NCBI RefSeq assembly: GCF_024521635.1
Contig: NW_026250405.1
Coordinates: 1-64,000, forward strand
Reading direction: 5' to 3'
Length of the DNA: 64,000 nt
Source: Tricharina praecox
Lineage: Eukaryota
Position 1 is the stretch's first letter. Each line of letters starts with the position of its first letter. Below, one piece after another: positions 1 through 11,985 of this stretch. A program made the position numbers and the translations under genes. The notes under the pieces were generated by a model, which saw nothing but the letters and a program-made list of their open reading frames with translations, did no database searches and had not been told where the DNA came from.

Positions 1-1571
1 GGTAGATGGCGATGCATTGTGTATGTGTATGTGTGCGTGTACTTGTCTGTGTATGTGTGTGTTTCCGTGTCTGTGTTGTGTCTGTATCTGTGTATGTGCG
101 TGCTCGGCGAGATGAAATCTGAAATCTGAAATCTGAAGTTGTGCTCGGCGAGATGTACGAGGCAAGATGTGCGAGACGAGACGGTAGGGTAGGAGGTAGG
201 AATGCGCGGACGATAGTCGGGACTCGGTTTGATCGCAAAGCAAAAAATATAAAAAGAGATATGCAAACGGTCTTGGACAATGAAAACGGAAACTGGCAAT
301 CAATCAATCTGAATCAATCTGAACCGATGTGTGAGATGTGCGAGAAGGCTGCGTAATACCTACCGAGCTCCGAGCTTCAAGATGAGGATTCGCGACTGGG
401 ATAGGTGGGTATGGAGATGGAGAACGAGTGAAGTGAAGTGAAGTGAATCCTGTATATCCAGCACAGTGCCAGCCTGTTAATCACGAACACGGTACGGTAC
501 AGTACTCTACGCGCAGGAAGAACAAATAAATATCAAAAACGACGAGAGCTCGCTCGAGTCTCGAGAAGAGGGGATAAAAGGGAGTGGACACCTCCGTACA
601 AGTACAAGTAGTACGTACTCCCAGCACCGCATGCTGTCTGCAACCGAAGGTCCGGAGTTTCAAGGGATGTTGGTGTTGATGATGCATCCCCCTACATACC
701 TGGGAGCGATCCTATTGGCCCGGCAACGTGAAGCTGAAGCTGGAGTTGCCTCACCAGTGACCTTCCTAGGTATTCTCCCGCAAACCGCCTCGCGAGCCGC
801 GACATTTATCCCGGGCCTCCCAGCCGAAGCCACACACCATTGGCCCGACAGTGGACACACAGCCACCCCGTGAAACAATTGTTTTTACAGAGCGGGGGCT
901 CGCATTTGTGGGCACTGGGCGTGGCGGTTTCGCGATAATCACAGCTCAAACACCGAAACCTGAAACGTGTAGGTACTAGGTAGGTAGGTAGGTAGGTGCG
1001 CCTCCTGACCTTGACCTTGAGCTTGGTGCCAGCCGAGGGTTGGCTCCTACTCTACTTACTCTACGGTATTGGGATAACTGTAGGGAGAATAGAGTGGTTA
1101 CATATCAAGAGAGAGAGAGAGGGAGAGAGAGAAAGCATGATCCGCAACCGCGTACCGCGTGCCGAATCGTGGAGAAGACGATGGTGGGTGCGTAGGTACT
1201 TGAGTAGGTATGCATACCTACGTTTCTTTAACCGTAGGGTACTCTAGGTAGGTGCTATGCAGATGTGCATGGCAACAAAAACAAAGGAGTAGATGTGGAT
1301 GCCGTGCATGAGCCAATTGGATCGCAATCGCGGGGAGAAGGAGGGTGCGAGTGACGGTGCATGTCGTTAGATGGGTCGTGATATAGATGCATCAATGGGC
1401 TTCACGTCCAGCGCCGTGTCGCGATCAATCAATCTCTTCCATACTGTGGGTATTTGGTTCATTCGTTCTGCTATGATAGGTACGAATGCAGCATCTTGAA
1501 CATATGAATGCCCATCGCATAGGTATCCTCTAGAGCAGCACGACCCAAAACAAAAAACAAACATCAACCGT

Positions 1572-2123
1572 TTACGCCCTCTGGTCCTTCTCCAAAAACC
1601 ACTTGACGCCCTCGACGAGATAATCATGATCATCGACCTGCTTAAGGCCGCTAACGACAATGACCGCGGCAACGCCATCGACGCCCCTGATCCTGACCGG
1701 GAATCCGCCTCCATGGACCGCGTAGACAGCATCATCAAGCGGGGCCATCTCGCTCAACCTATCGCCGGCGAGTCCCTTCGCGACCATCTTCTCGCGCATG
1801 TACAATGTCGAGCATCCGTAGCGCAGCACGGTCGCCGCCTTGCGCGTGAGCCAGCTCTCGGAGTCTAATGTCGAGCCCCCGACGGTAACCGTCGTGAACA
1901 GGATCTGACCGGTCGGAAGCGTGATGCGGATCGAAACCGGCGTCTCCGGGAACGCGGAGAGAATTCGCGATCGGATGATGCACCCGAGATCGAACGCGTC
2001 CTGCGCGTCGAAGTGCGTGAAGAAGAGCGTTTCGTGCTGCGTGGTCAGCTCGTCGAGCTGGAGCGAGGCACGTCAGTCAGTCGGATTTCGGCTACGGGAT
2101 TTGGAGGGACGTACAGAAGGCAT
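1572..2123 (-). CDS. UPF0303 / yeast YBR137W-like (GlcG/HbpS-like heme-binding fold) protein, 164 aa, 2 exons
   Basis: ATG at 2123 (MPS), intron 2058-2114 (GTACGT..CTGAC..CAG), then LDELTTQHETLFFTHFDAQDAFDLG...WLTRKAATVLRYGCST...YAVHGGGFPVRIRGVDGVAAVIVVSGLKQVDDH. The HGGGFP and VSGL.Q..DH motifs are typical of this family. Spliced length is divisible by 3. Confidence 0.85.
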
Positions 2124-2957
2124 TATTGTACGGTTTTGGTGGGTGGAATGGGTGGTGCGGTAGGCGGGGTGGGGGATGATGGATCCGCGGTAGCGACGAG
2201 ATGATGATGTAGGGGAGGAGATGCTGATTGCTGATTGCTGATTGCTGAAGCGTGAATCAGGGTTTGTCACGAAAACAATGGTTGATACATACCCGGCCCC
2301 GCACACGATGACGTTTTAAAGCAATCACTCTATGTACCGTAGTTAGCAGAGCCGCGCCGACGGGCCGGCGGGGACGTGCATATTTTTCTGGGTGTGGAGA
2401 CAAAGATGCTTCTAGCGGCTCGTCACCCGAAAGGAAAGAATCAAGACCGGCCCGAAGACTCCATAAAGTTCACGGAACTCAATCGGAGGCGTGGATGGAA
2501 ACTGTGACCCGTTCTTTGTTAAGAAAAGTAAAGTTTCCCACGAGGGCTGTGATATGTGACTGTTTACGTGATCAATCCACCTCGCTTGGATCGGTCCGGA
2601 CTAAACAGCAGCAGCAGCCAGCCCTGGCCGGCCGCCCTGGGCCCTGGTACTTAGCAGCCTCACTTTCGAATCGGCCGCCCACAGCCGATCTCCGCCCGCC
2701 AGCCTCCACTTCACGGCCACACTAGTTACACGATCTCCCCAAAAAAATCGACGGGCCCTCCTCAGGACTCGATATCCATCAGACATCCTGTGAGCATGAT
2801 CGAACGGCTGGGTATATATCTACCTATATATGTGTGTCATTCGCGCGTCGATGCCTCCCCTCGGTCGGATCTCGGAACTCCGATGATCGTTCGTGGTTTG
2901 CTGTTCTCCCTCGCATCGATGTGGTGGTCCATTGATGATCCCGGAGACGGAGAGCGT

Positions 2958-3166
2958 CAATCTATTATCGTATTCGTAAGGGTGGAGACAGAGAGCGTCA
3001 AGCTATTGTCGTGTCCGTAATACCGGAGAGAGAGAGAGAATACGGCAATCTATTGTCGTATTTGTGATGGTGGAGACAGAGTCGCAGAGAGCGCCAATCT
3101 ATTGTCGTATTCGTGATGGTGGAGACAGAGTCGCAGAGAGCGCCAATCTATTGTCGTATTCGTGAT
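2958..3166. repeat. Degenerate tandem repeat, about 5 copies of a 40-49 bp unit (caatctattgtcgtattcgtgatggtggagacagagtcgcagagagcgc)
   Basis: Directly visible. The later copies are near-identical and the earlier ones are diverged. Confidence 0.85.
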
Positions 3167-4874
3167 GCTAGATGAGTCAGCAGAGTTCCCTCTCTGCGGA
3201 CGTGAGTCGTAAGTGAGCGATGGCCGCCAGCGATGGCCGCAAGGACAGGCCAGGCCGCTAAGGAAGTTAAAACTTGGAAGTTAGAAGTGGTTGCTGTTGC
3301 TCTTTCCAGCCACAGCTACATGCTGCTTCAGCTGTGTGAGTCGCACCGAAATAAAAACACCGAAAAAGCAAGTTCGGCTGCGTGGGATCAGCGGCTTCAG
3401 CTGCGTGGGCCCGCACGTGTCGTCACTGTCGTGTCCAATCCACGATCTCCCCCTCCCCCGCAAACCCGCTGTCCACTCACTCACGTCGGAATTCGACGAA
3501 CCGGTCGCCGCCGCTCACCTACATACGGTACCGCACTGAGTGAGGATGCCCTTTGCGTTGCCTTGCTTTCTTGCTTGCTTTTGAGAATGGCTTGCAAACG
3601 CACCACGGTTGGAGAGAAAAAAGAAAGAAAGAAAAGAAAAGAGAAGAGAAGAGTTCTTCCTTCTAGCGCCCGACGCATCTCGATTGTCGACGAGCAGAAC
3701 TCCGAAGCTCCGTCAGCCGGATACATATGGAATTCCGAGTTGCAGCCGAGTTTTTCTTTCCTCTCCGTGCCGTTCCTCAGGTACCAGCTGCTAGCATCAC
3801 CGCTTATCCTTCACGGCCGGAAGGAGACAAAGAGCCCTGCGCTTATTCCCGCTCCGTCTCCTACCTCCGTAGTCAGCATCTGCCATCAGCGCGGAGTTCC
3901 GGCGGTTGATGAATGCAAATGCAAATCCCCATGTCAGCCACTCCATCACATCATCTTCGGATCGTATCATGACTCCAATCGATCCATCCGCCAGTTCGTC
4001 CAGCCAGCCAGACGTCAGACGTGCATTACACGACAGCTTACCCCACCCCCTCCCCCACCCCCTCCTTCCCTCTCAGCTGGAAGCTAGAGTAAGCATGTAG
4101 AACATACATACATCCATACATCCATACCAGGGTCCGATCGGCTCAAGATCGTGCCGCTTTCCAACCATGTCCGTCGGACCCCGGGTGATGAAGTCTCCGA
4201 AAACGAACGAAGAGAAAACTCCGCGAGAACGAGAGAAAGACGGAAACAAGCGTTTCTTCCCTTCCTTGGCCTGCCGGATCAATAAGCGAAACGCAGTAAA
4301 AATTCCCTCGCTCGGAACCAAACATGAGTCTCTGTCGTGTGATGGTGGTGGTGGTGGTGGACGGTGGTGGACGGTGGTGGACGGTGGTGTGTACCTACTA
4401 CGGTACCGTACTCTAGTGGCAGTAAGGTTAAAAAGCGCAGCCTTCCCATCCCACCACAGGCAGTCAGCCAGCCAGCCTATCACCACCACGACGTGGCTGC
4501 AAGCACAAGCACAAGCACTCACTTAATATCGTATCCGCATGGAAATCGACTCACCAAGGCCCCCCCGCCTAATCCTACATACCACCCACATCGCCAACGC
4601 AACGAACCACTGCCTGCACGGTCCTGAGTGACACATCACACGTCCCGTGCCGGGGGTTCACTGTGAGTTCAGCTGCACCAAGGATCCGGAGGCTTCTGTA
4701 AGATCCGTCTGGAGACAAAATAATAAGAAGCATCCCCCCCCACAATCGATATCCCAATCCATCCATCCAACTCGAGGTCCGCACGTTACATACACTCCCC
4801 CGCGAACCATCAGCCCTGTACACCGAAACCACTTCGGCCACATACGAATACATCAACATCCGCACACAAATACA

Positions 4875-5311
4875 ATGCGTCCCTCCACCCTCCTCCTCCT
4901 CCCCATCTTCACGTCAGTAGCGTCGGCATCACAAATCGCCGTCCTCCCGCGGGCAGAGAACTACGACCTCCTCGCCCCCGCCGGACAAGTACCAATGCCA
5001 CAACTGTATGCCCCTCTCATTCCCCCCCTCACCCTCACCCATCCCTCATTCCTAACCTCTCTACCAGAAGAAACAACCACACCCCCGCCTCCCTCCCCTC
5101 CTCGGCCGAATCCACGGAGTCCGCAGAGTTCAGCCAGATCCGCACACAGACACAAACACAAACACGCACTCCCGCCCGGCGGCGACGCCGCTCCGGCAAG
5201 ACGAAGTCGGCGGAGAGGGAGAAGGAGAGCGCCGGCGATAGGAACGAGGGTCTCACCGCACGGCAGGTCGTTGGTGCTGTGGCGGTCGCGGTGTTGGTGG
5301 CTGTGTTTTAG
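4875..5311 (+). CDS. Small secreted, probably GPI-anchored or tail-anchored protein, 124 aa, 2 exons
   Basis: Signal-peptide-like MRPSTLLLLPIFTSVASA. Intron 5006-5067 (GTATGC..CTAAC..CAG) shifts the frame to an S/T-rich segment ending in hydrophobic QVVGAVAVAVLVAVF*. Confidence 0.7.
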
Positions 5312-6213
5312 CCGTGCTGGGGTGGCATGGGGGGGAACGGGGAGTCTGTTTTTGGTTTTTTGGTTTTTATACCTGGCGTTTGGGCGGGGGGAACGGAGCT
5401 TTTGTTTATGGCGTCTTATGGGCTTGGGAATGAATGGACGGACATGGGAATGGGAATGGGAATGGATGAACATAGGTATGATCGGGGGAAATGGCGGGGA
5501 GGACGGCGCTGGAGCCTGGATCACTGCGATGCATCATGATCCGGCTGTGGTGTATTATACGCATGTACATTGTGGAGGATTATAGGATGTAAATATTTTC
5601 CGCGGGAATGCGCACAAATGGGCCAATCGATCAAGAAAGAAAGTTGATCATTTAATATTTATTTGGTTCATAAGTGAGAATTCGGGTGTGGGTGATTATG
5701 GTAATTATACCGAGTACGAAATCCCGTTTATAAGGAACTCGGATATCTAGGACTTTGCCATCCCGCTGTTTAATCTTCCGCCCGTCCGGACCTCTAGTGT
5801 GGAGTAAAGTCCAACCGTGATACAACCGCGATCCAACCGTGACCAACTGAAAAGATGGGTGATATCGTATGACGGCTCACGCCCGTCTACTCGTTTATTC
5901 GTATGTGTTCGCCTAGCAGGCAACCCCGGCTACATAGACAAACATGCATCTGCCAACCATCCAGCCAGCCAGGCTCCAAGAGATGCACTTACAAGGCAGC
6001 CACCAGACTGCCCGCCAGGTTGCTAGATTGCCAGCTAACACCGCCCACCGCCCACCGCCCGAACACTACGAGCCCTCCAGATATCCAGCCGGACATTTAG
6101 CCTACAAATCTCCGAACCTACAAACCTCCGAACTTCCGAACCTCCGAGCCGCCTTCACCGCCGGCACCCCCGCCCCCACCATCCGCACGCCCCCGCCCAC
6201 GCCAACCCCCACC

Positions 6214-6873
6214 ATGCCCACCATCCGAACCCGCGGTGCACCCGTAAAACCCGTAGTTCCGTACGTGCATACGTCACGGCTCATCTTGACTCTCGAGCTC
6301 GCACCCAATCAGCACCCAACCGGCAGCTACATAATCGGCACCCAACCGGCAGTTAACCAGCACCCAACTGGTAGCTATCCAGCAGCGGGCACGGAGCACC
6401 CACCAGCGGACCCACCGCTCATTCCGGATCTTCCAGAATTTCCAGAATTTCCGAACCTTCCGCACCTTACGGACCCGAACCCCCACGAGCCCCGTACTTC
6501 CATACATACATACGTCAGGGCCGCTCTCGAGCTCGTATATACCGAGCCCGCAGTTAACCAGCGCACGGTGCACCTAACCAGCGGACCCACTGCCCCTTCC
6601 GGATCTTCCGGATCTTCCAGAACTTTCGGACATTGCGGATCTACCAGATCCACCAGATCTTTGGGATCTTCCATGCCTTCCAAATTTTCCAGAATTTCCA
6701 GAACTTCCGAACCTTCCGTACATACGTCACGGCTCATCTCGTTCGCACCCAACCGGCAGGTAACCAGCAGCGCGCACGGAGCACGCACGGAGCACCTGCT
6801 TGCGGGCCCACCGCCCATTCGGGACCTTTCAGAACTTACGGGCCCTTGGATTCCGGACCCTCGCGAGTCGTAA
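6214..6873 (+). other. Pro-rich ORF (219 aa from ATG 6214) built from about 3 diverged ~200-250 bp modules and 9-bp sub-repeats; coding status uncertain
   Basis: catacgtcacggctcatct recurs at ~6268 and ~6721, with a weaker copy at ~6508. The tccagaatt/tccggatct sub-repeats are visible. No recognisable domain. Confidence 0.3.
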
Positions 6874-8015
6874 GTCCCCGGGTGGGCGGTGGCCAAAGCG
6901 CTGAACGTTGCACCCTGCACCCTGTTTGCGCGCGGAGTACTTTGTTTCCCGCTTTGTTTCCCACACTCCCCACTGCTCTGTGTGGCTACTGGCTGTCGGC
7001 TCCACGGCTTGCGCCCGCTGGCCGCGAGAGCACCCGCGAGAGCTGGATGTGCGTGGAAACTTCAAACCATATGCTACTACCAAGTATGTGGGTATGTGAG
7101 TGATAGCTAATGATGCCCTCACTGCTCGTCACTCGACGGCTCATGAATATCCGTGTCGTTCATTCATCAGTTATCACGCGTCTGCTTACCTATCCTAGAC
7201 TAGCTCCCATCAGCCTTGGCACTGCCGCAGACTTCTCCATATCCCCATCTTGTATGCAGTACCTTTCTCTTCTCTGAGCAATCCATCTATCTACCATTGT
7301 ATATCTCCAACAATCCGCCTATCGGTCATTTAAAACTGAAGATCTCTCTCTCTCACGTCTACATGCCCATTTCGATGTCGCTAGTTCTTTCCCTGTTCCT
7401 TTATCTTTTTGCATCGTCGCATAAGCAGCCTTTGTGGCTTTTGTGGCTTCTCAGAATTGTCCCTATCTTTTCACCAGAATCAGTCTCTTTAGCCCTCAGC
7501 CCTCGGCCTAGGTAGGTAGTCCGGCATTGTCTATCGTTGCATTTTCTATCTAAGGCCTAGCTTCATCTCGTTGTTTCCCTTTAAAAGCAATTTCTTTTCT
7601 AGTTTTGCTCGTATCATCACATCAACCAGGTCAAGTTCTTCCCTCAATTTTAACACCGCCGCACGTAACTACGGGCGTGACTGGGTTTTGTGGATGGTCC
7701 ACCTCTCTCTGTCGTCAATGTTTCCCTCTTTGGGTGCGGGCCGTGCAGTCGAGTATCTTGCTTGCCGGGCAGAGGGCGTATGTATGAGACGGGGTTGCTA
7801 TTACCCAGTACACTGAGCCAGTGATCTGGACTCTGGAGTCTGGGCTGTGGACTGTGGTGGTGAGTGTGGATTCCCAGGGAAAAAAATGTCCGCCACTATA
7901 ATCCACACTCCCTACAGCTTAAATCCGGCGAGAATCAAACAAATCGTACTCCATTGAGTTCCGTGTAAACGCCTCCACAGTCAACCCCGCTGGAACACAG
8001 CAGGGAAGAACCCAG

Positions 8016-8036
8016 AAAAAGTCAAAAAGGTCAAAA
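8016..8036 (-). terminator. RNA Pol III oligo-T terminator of tRNA-Lys
   Basis: T4, T5 and T5 runs lie on the minus strand immediately after the tRNA 3' end. Confidence 0.7.
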
Positions 8037-8041
8037 TTGAA

Positions 8042-8114
8042 AGCCCCACGCGGGGGTCGAACCCGCAGCCTTAAGATTAAGAGTCTTACGCTCTACCGAT
8101 TGAGCTAGCGAGGC
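8042..8114 (-). tRNA. tRNA-Lys (anticodon CTT), intronless
   Basis: Reverse complement is GCCTCGCTAGCTCAATCGGTAGAGCGTAAGACTCTTAATCTTAAGGCTGCGGGTTCGACCCCCGCGTGGGGCT. It is 73 nt, folds as a cloverleaf, and has a TTCGA T-loop and a TAAGA/TCTTA anticodon stem. Confidence 0.97.
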
Positions 8115-9035
8115 TTTGCTATGTTTGCGCTAGTATTATTAATACATACCCATCTCCATAAAGAGAGTAGTACTTCATTCGCTCTGGTCGATTCAGTGAT
8201 TGTAATTTGTAAACAGCCTCCACTCTTGAATCTTCAGCCGAAAGCAACACTGAGCAACACCAAGCAATGAGTAACGAGTAACGAGTATGTAGAGCAGTCA
8301 ATCCGAGCAGTCAAGCCCCACAGTCAAGTGAACACTGAAGTAGAGCAAATAGAGCAAGTAGAATAGGTATGTAGTAGTTATGTACAATCGCTCCTCGCTC
8401 CTCCCGAGCCCCTCATCTGTTTCACTTCGCTCCTCCTGATACTCCTCCTGATACTCCTCCTGATGCTCCTGATGTTCCTCCTCCACTTCCCCCTCCACCC
8501 AACCGTCTCTAGGTGCCCAGCAATGACCCAGCAAAACAAATCTAGGTACTCAATCTCAGTATGTACTCCTCCCCCGTCCCCGCCCCCTTCCCCCCTCATC
8601 CCCGCCCTCTTCCAACATCCATCCTTCCAAAGGCCGGGGCCCAGGGCCGGAGGCAACATTAACCAACCCAACCGTAAACCAAAAAATCTGTATGGAAAAG
8701 AAAAGCAACAACCCCCAAGTTCGAGAGAGAGATAGAGAGAGAAGAAAAGGAAGCGGAAACGCAAGGGAAAGAAAAAATCAACAGTCGTAACTCCTGGACC
8801 CCAATTTTCAAAGAAAGAAAGAAAAACACCGAACAAAACCGCGCACGCCATGGAGAAAGAAGGAGAAAGGAATGAAGGGGGGAAATAAAACAGTTAGGTA
8901 CATACTTGGGTGGATTGGTATCACGCAGAGAAAAACGAAAGTTAATGAAACATTGAAGCAAGAACGACCGTCCCGAAAGGGGAAAAAAGAGGACAAAATG
9001 AATAACCTGTACACCTGGGATCTCACCGAATCGCA

Positions 9036-9082
9036 TGTGTGTGTGTGTATGTGTGTGTGTGTGCGTATGTGTGTGTGTGTGT
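9036..9082. repeat. (GT)n microsatellite
   Basis: Direct; lies just past the stop codon of the 513-aa gene. Confidence 0.9.
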
Positions 9083-9097
9083 GCGCGCGCGCTCCGT

Positions 9098-10639
9098 CTA
9101 TACGACGCCTCTGACTGTGCTATCCAGCACTGGCGTCGCGGCCTCCGACTCCCGGAAGCCATCGGGAAGACTCAATGCGATATCGATTCCCTTTCCGTCG
9201 CAGATTCCAACCGTGCTCCACCGTTCCTGCCCGACCTTCTCCTCCTCGACGCCGTCCAGCGAGAGCAGCTTCGGTGCTAACCTTCCAACGCTCCCCGGTC
9301 CACCCTCCGACGGCTTGACGTCGACGCTCCGGACTCTAACCGGCACCTTGACCGCACCCGCGGCGTCATCCCTGTCCGGGAGTTCCAGACGATACCGCCT
9401 GATGCTGCCGCGATCCTCGTCTCCATCTTCCCAGAACTCCTTCTTCCCACCGCATCCCAGGATTCCCGCGCCGCACAGAACACGCTGCCGGATCCACACC
9501 CACGCCGACCGTTTCCGCTTGTCGGCGGCCGCATACTCTGCTCTGAGCGATTCGAGGTCCTTCCATGCGATCGTAGTGGGCTCCAATGGGGTGGCCGGGG
9601 CGACCATGGTATCCCCTCCGGAAGATGATGTGTGTCTTGGTGGCAGGAACTGAACGGGGGAGAGGGAGTCCGCCGAGTGAGAGAACCCTGTGCTGAACGG
9701 GAGGAATTCGCCGTGCACACGGTCGTTGGGGTATTTATGCGTCAACGACTGCTTGATCTCCAGCCGCTTCTGCCGCCGTGCCTCGGTGATTCCCTGCGCC
9801 GAATCCCAGCTCCACTGCGGCCACGGTGATTTGCTGCTGGAGGCGGGTGGAGTGAGTACCCCTGATCCCGACGACGAAGGCCGCGCATTGAGTGTCGTCG
9901 ACGAAGAGATGATGGAGACCTCTGCCGATGTCGATGGGCGGCGCCCACGAGCGAGCCGATTACTGTTGGCAGCGGCGGTCGATGCGGTCGATGCGGATGT
10001 GCTCTGACGGGAGAGCATTTTTGGATTCGATGCTGTCGATGCGGATGTGCTCTGACGGGATACCATTTTTGGAGTCTTGGAGTCGGTGCGAGTTAACGGT
10101 GGTCGTTCGTTCTCCTTGTTCCTCGAGCTCCGCCTAGATGATCGAGTGGCAGACGCATTGCTATTGCGCCGTGATCGGGGAGGGGGCACAACGCTCTCTC
10201 GTCGCTCCTTAACATCCTCCCACGCGTCAATCTTGATCACCGGTTTCGACTCACTCCTCTCCTTGTTCTCGGTGGGCTCCTCCGGGTCCAGTGGCTCGTT
10301 GGAGACACTTGCGACGGCGCTCCACCAAGTCGAATTCGAGACACACGATACATTGCTCAGTGTTCTCGCCCTGTTGCAGCTGCGCAGCGTACACGTATCC
10401 GGCTTCCTTCCGGTGCCCAAAAATCCACCCCCAGTAGCAGAAACGCATTCGTCGAACGGCAGACCGCCAGGTGAAGACATTCCGATATTCCGTATACGGG
10501 GTGACAGGCTATTCGGATCAGGAGAGGTGGTTGAAGACGGAGTTGATGGGGCTGTCGAAGGCGCAATATTGGGAGTGAACGATAGAAAGGTCGACACCGA
10601 CATAAATGAGCGCGGAGTCTGTGCACGGTCGTCCGCCAT
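9098..10639 (-). CDS. Hypothetical Ser/Arg-rich protein, 513 aa, single exon
   Basis: Long ORF with good start context (gtcATGg). Mostly low-complexity, with an ordered-looking block LRAEYAAADKRKRSAWVW...FWEDGDEDRGSIRRYRLEL. Contains an internal duplication (PKMVSRQSTSASTAS / PKMLSRQSTSASTAS). Confidence 0.75.
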   Translation of the reverse strand: MADDRAQTPRSFMSVSTFLSFTPNIAPSTAPSTPSSTTSPDPNSLSPRIRNIGMSSPGGLPFDECVSATGGGFLGTGRKPDTCTLRSCNRARTLSNVSCVSNSTWWSAVASVSNEPLDPEEPTENKERSESKPVIKIDAWEDVKERRESVVPPPRSRRNSNASATRSSRRSSRNKENERPPLTRTDSKTPKMVSRQSTSASTASNPKMLSRQSTSASTASTAAANSNRLARGRRPSTSAEVSIISSSTTLNARPSSSGSGVLTPPASSSKSPWPQWSWDSAQGITEARRQKRLEIKQSLTHKYPNDRVHGEFLPFSTGFSHSADSLSPVQFLPPRHTSSSGGDTMVAPATPLEPTTIAWKDLESLRAEYAAADKRKRSAWVWIRQRVLCGAGILGCGGKKEFWEDGDEDRGSIRRYRLELPDRDDAAGAVKVPVRVRSVDVKPSEGGPGSVGRLAPKLLSLDGVEEEKVGQERWSTVGICDGKGIDIALSLPDGFRESEAATPVLDSTVRGVV

Positions 10640-10970
10640 GACGGAGAAATTACAGAGGAGAAGTTTGGTCCGGTATTATAAGCTTGGTCCCTCTCCGCGC
10701 CCGCTGTGACTAATTAGATTTCACTAGGACGCTCTATTATGCGAATGTTTCCCGTTTCGAACGGACGAAGCCAGCAACGTCACAGGGTTGCAAGGGGCAG
10801 TGCTGCGGTCGAACGCTGAGCTCGGGTGCGGAAGCAACGTTTTTTTTCTTTCTGATTGTTTGTGAGGAAGTAAGGCCAAGCACATAAAGCTGACGTTGCT
10901 CACGCAGTGGTCGAGGCGCGGGGCAAGCGGCAATTGCGGAAGCTGTCCGGCTTGGAGTGGATCGTGGGTA

Positions 10971-11072
10971 GTGGTGGAGGTGGAGGTGGTGGTGGTGGAG
11001 GTAATTGTGGTGGTGGTGGTGGTGGTGGTGGTGGTGGTGGTGGTTGTGGTGGCGGTGATGATAGTGGTGGTG
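10971..11072. repeat. (GTG)n/(CAC)n microsatellite
   Basis: Direct; accounts for the spurious poly-His, poly-Thr and poly-Val ORFs. Confidence 0.9.
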
Positions 11073-11607
11073 GTTAGGGGTTGATTGGTTGACGATGCCT
11101 GAGCCCGCAGGACTTTGTAGATGAAGCGTTGACAGCAGGAACAGCGGAGTGCGAGGCGGGAGGGGGAGAGCAAACAAAGGTGGGGAAGAAGAAGGGGAGC
11201 CGTCCTTTAGTATCGTCCCCGCTCCCCAGAATTTGGAAATACTAGAGGATGTCAGTCTCGTCCATCCACTCCGTATCTGCCCCCGGGCCGGATCGAGTTG
11301 TCAGGAAGCGGCGTAGCGGCGGGCGAGCGGTTTTACCGAGTGCAGTAGAAGAGCAGCAGAAGCACGCTTGGGTTGGGAGGGGGGGGAGGGGGGTTTGAAC
11401 TTTGGGGGGGTCCCGGTCCAGGGAGGAGCGGTGCTCAATGCTCATGTATCTCTGAGACCTAGAACGCTGTGTCTCGACTCTCCAAACTTCGCTGTGAGCG
11501 CCGTCCGTTTTAGCCCACAGCCACGCCCAACGAAACAAGCGGTTCAACACCATGTGGACGGACTCACGGAACTACATACCAGTACTAACTAGCAGACAAT
11601 ACCCTTC

Positions 11608-11610
<3 letters not shown>

Positions 11611-11639
<29 letters not shown>

Positions 11640-11667
11640 CTTCTTCTTCTTCTTCTTCTTCTTCTTC
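11611..11667. repeat. (TTC)19 microsatellite
   Basis: Direct. Confidence 0.95.
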
Positions 11668-11964
11668 TCCTCTCTATATATCTCCTCTTTGATCTTCAAG
11701 GCTTCTGCACGAGCGAGACGAGATTAAAGACGCAGCGGCGAGGGGTTTTTTTCTCGAAAGCAGTCCCGACATGCACAAGAGCGTAGGTATGTAGGCAGGC
11801 CCGACTGCAAGCAACTGCAACTGCAGTTCAAACCTCACGATGCTGCCCTTTGCGCTCGCTGATCACCGACTCGCGCATGCACACACAAACACACACTAGA
11901 GAACCCAAGCCACTTTCGGTCCGGGTCTGGAAACTCAGAGCACAAGAGGGCGTTAGTTAGCTGC

Positions 11965-11985
11965 GGGGGGGGGGGGGGGGGGGGG
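11965..11985. repeat. G21 homopolymer
   Basis: Direct. Confidence 0.9.

Noticed and set aside
2958..3166. CRISPR-like repeat array
   Set aside because: Units are contiguous with no unique spacers, there are no cas genes, and the context is eukaryotic.
3233..4087. 284-aa ORF
   Set aside because: No domain, runs through simple repeats, composition like UTR or intergenic DNA.
4647..5585. 312-aa ORF as listed in the track
   Set aside because: Better explained by the spliced 124-aa gene 4875-5311; the remainder reads through an intron and the 3' UTR.
5708..5755. Pogo/Tc1-like TIR fragment (cccgtttataaggaactcggatat)
   Set aside because: No matching opposite end was found in the window.
10724..11177. 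Poly-His, poly-Thr and poly-Val ORFs
   Set aside because: They are translations of the (CAC)n microsatellite upstream of the 513-aa gene, with no other coding signal.
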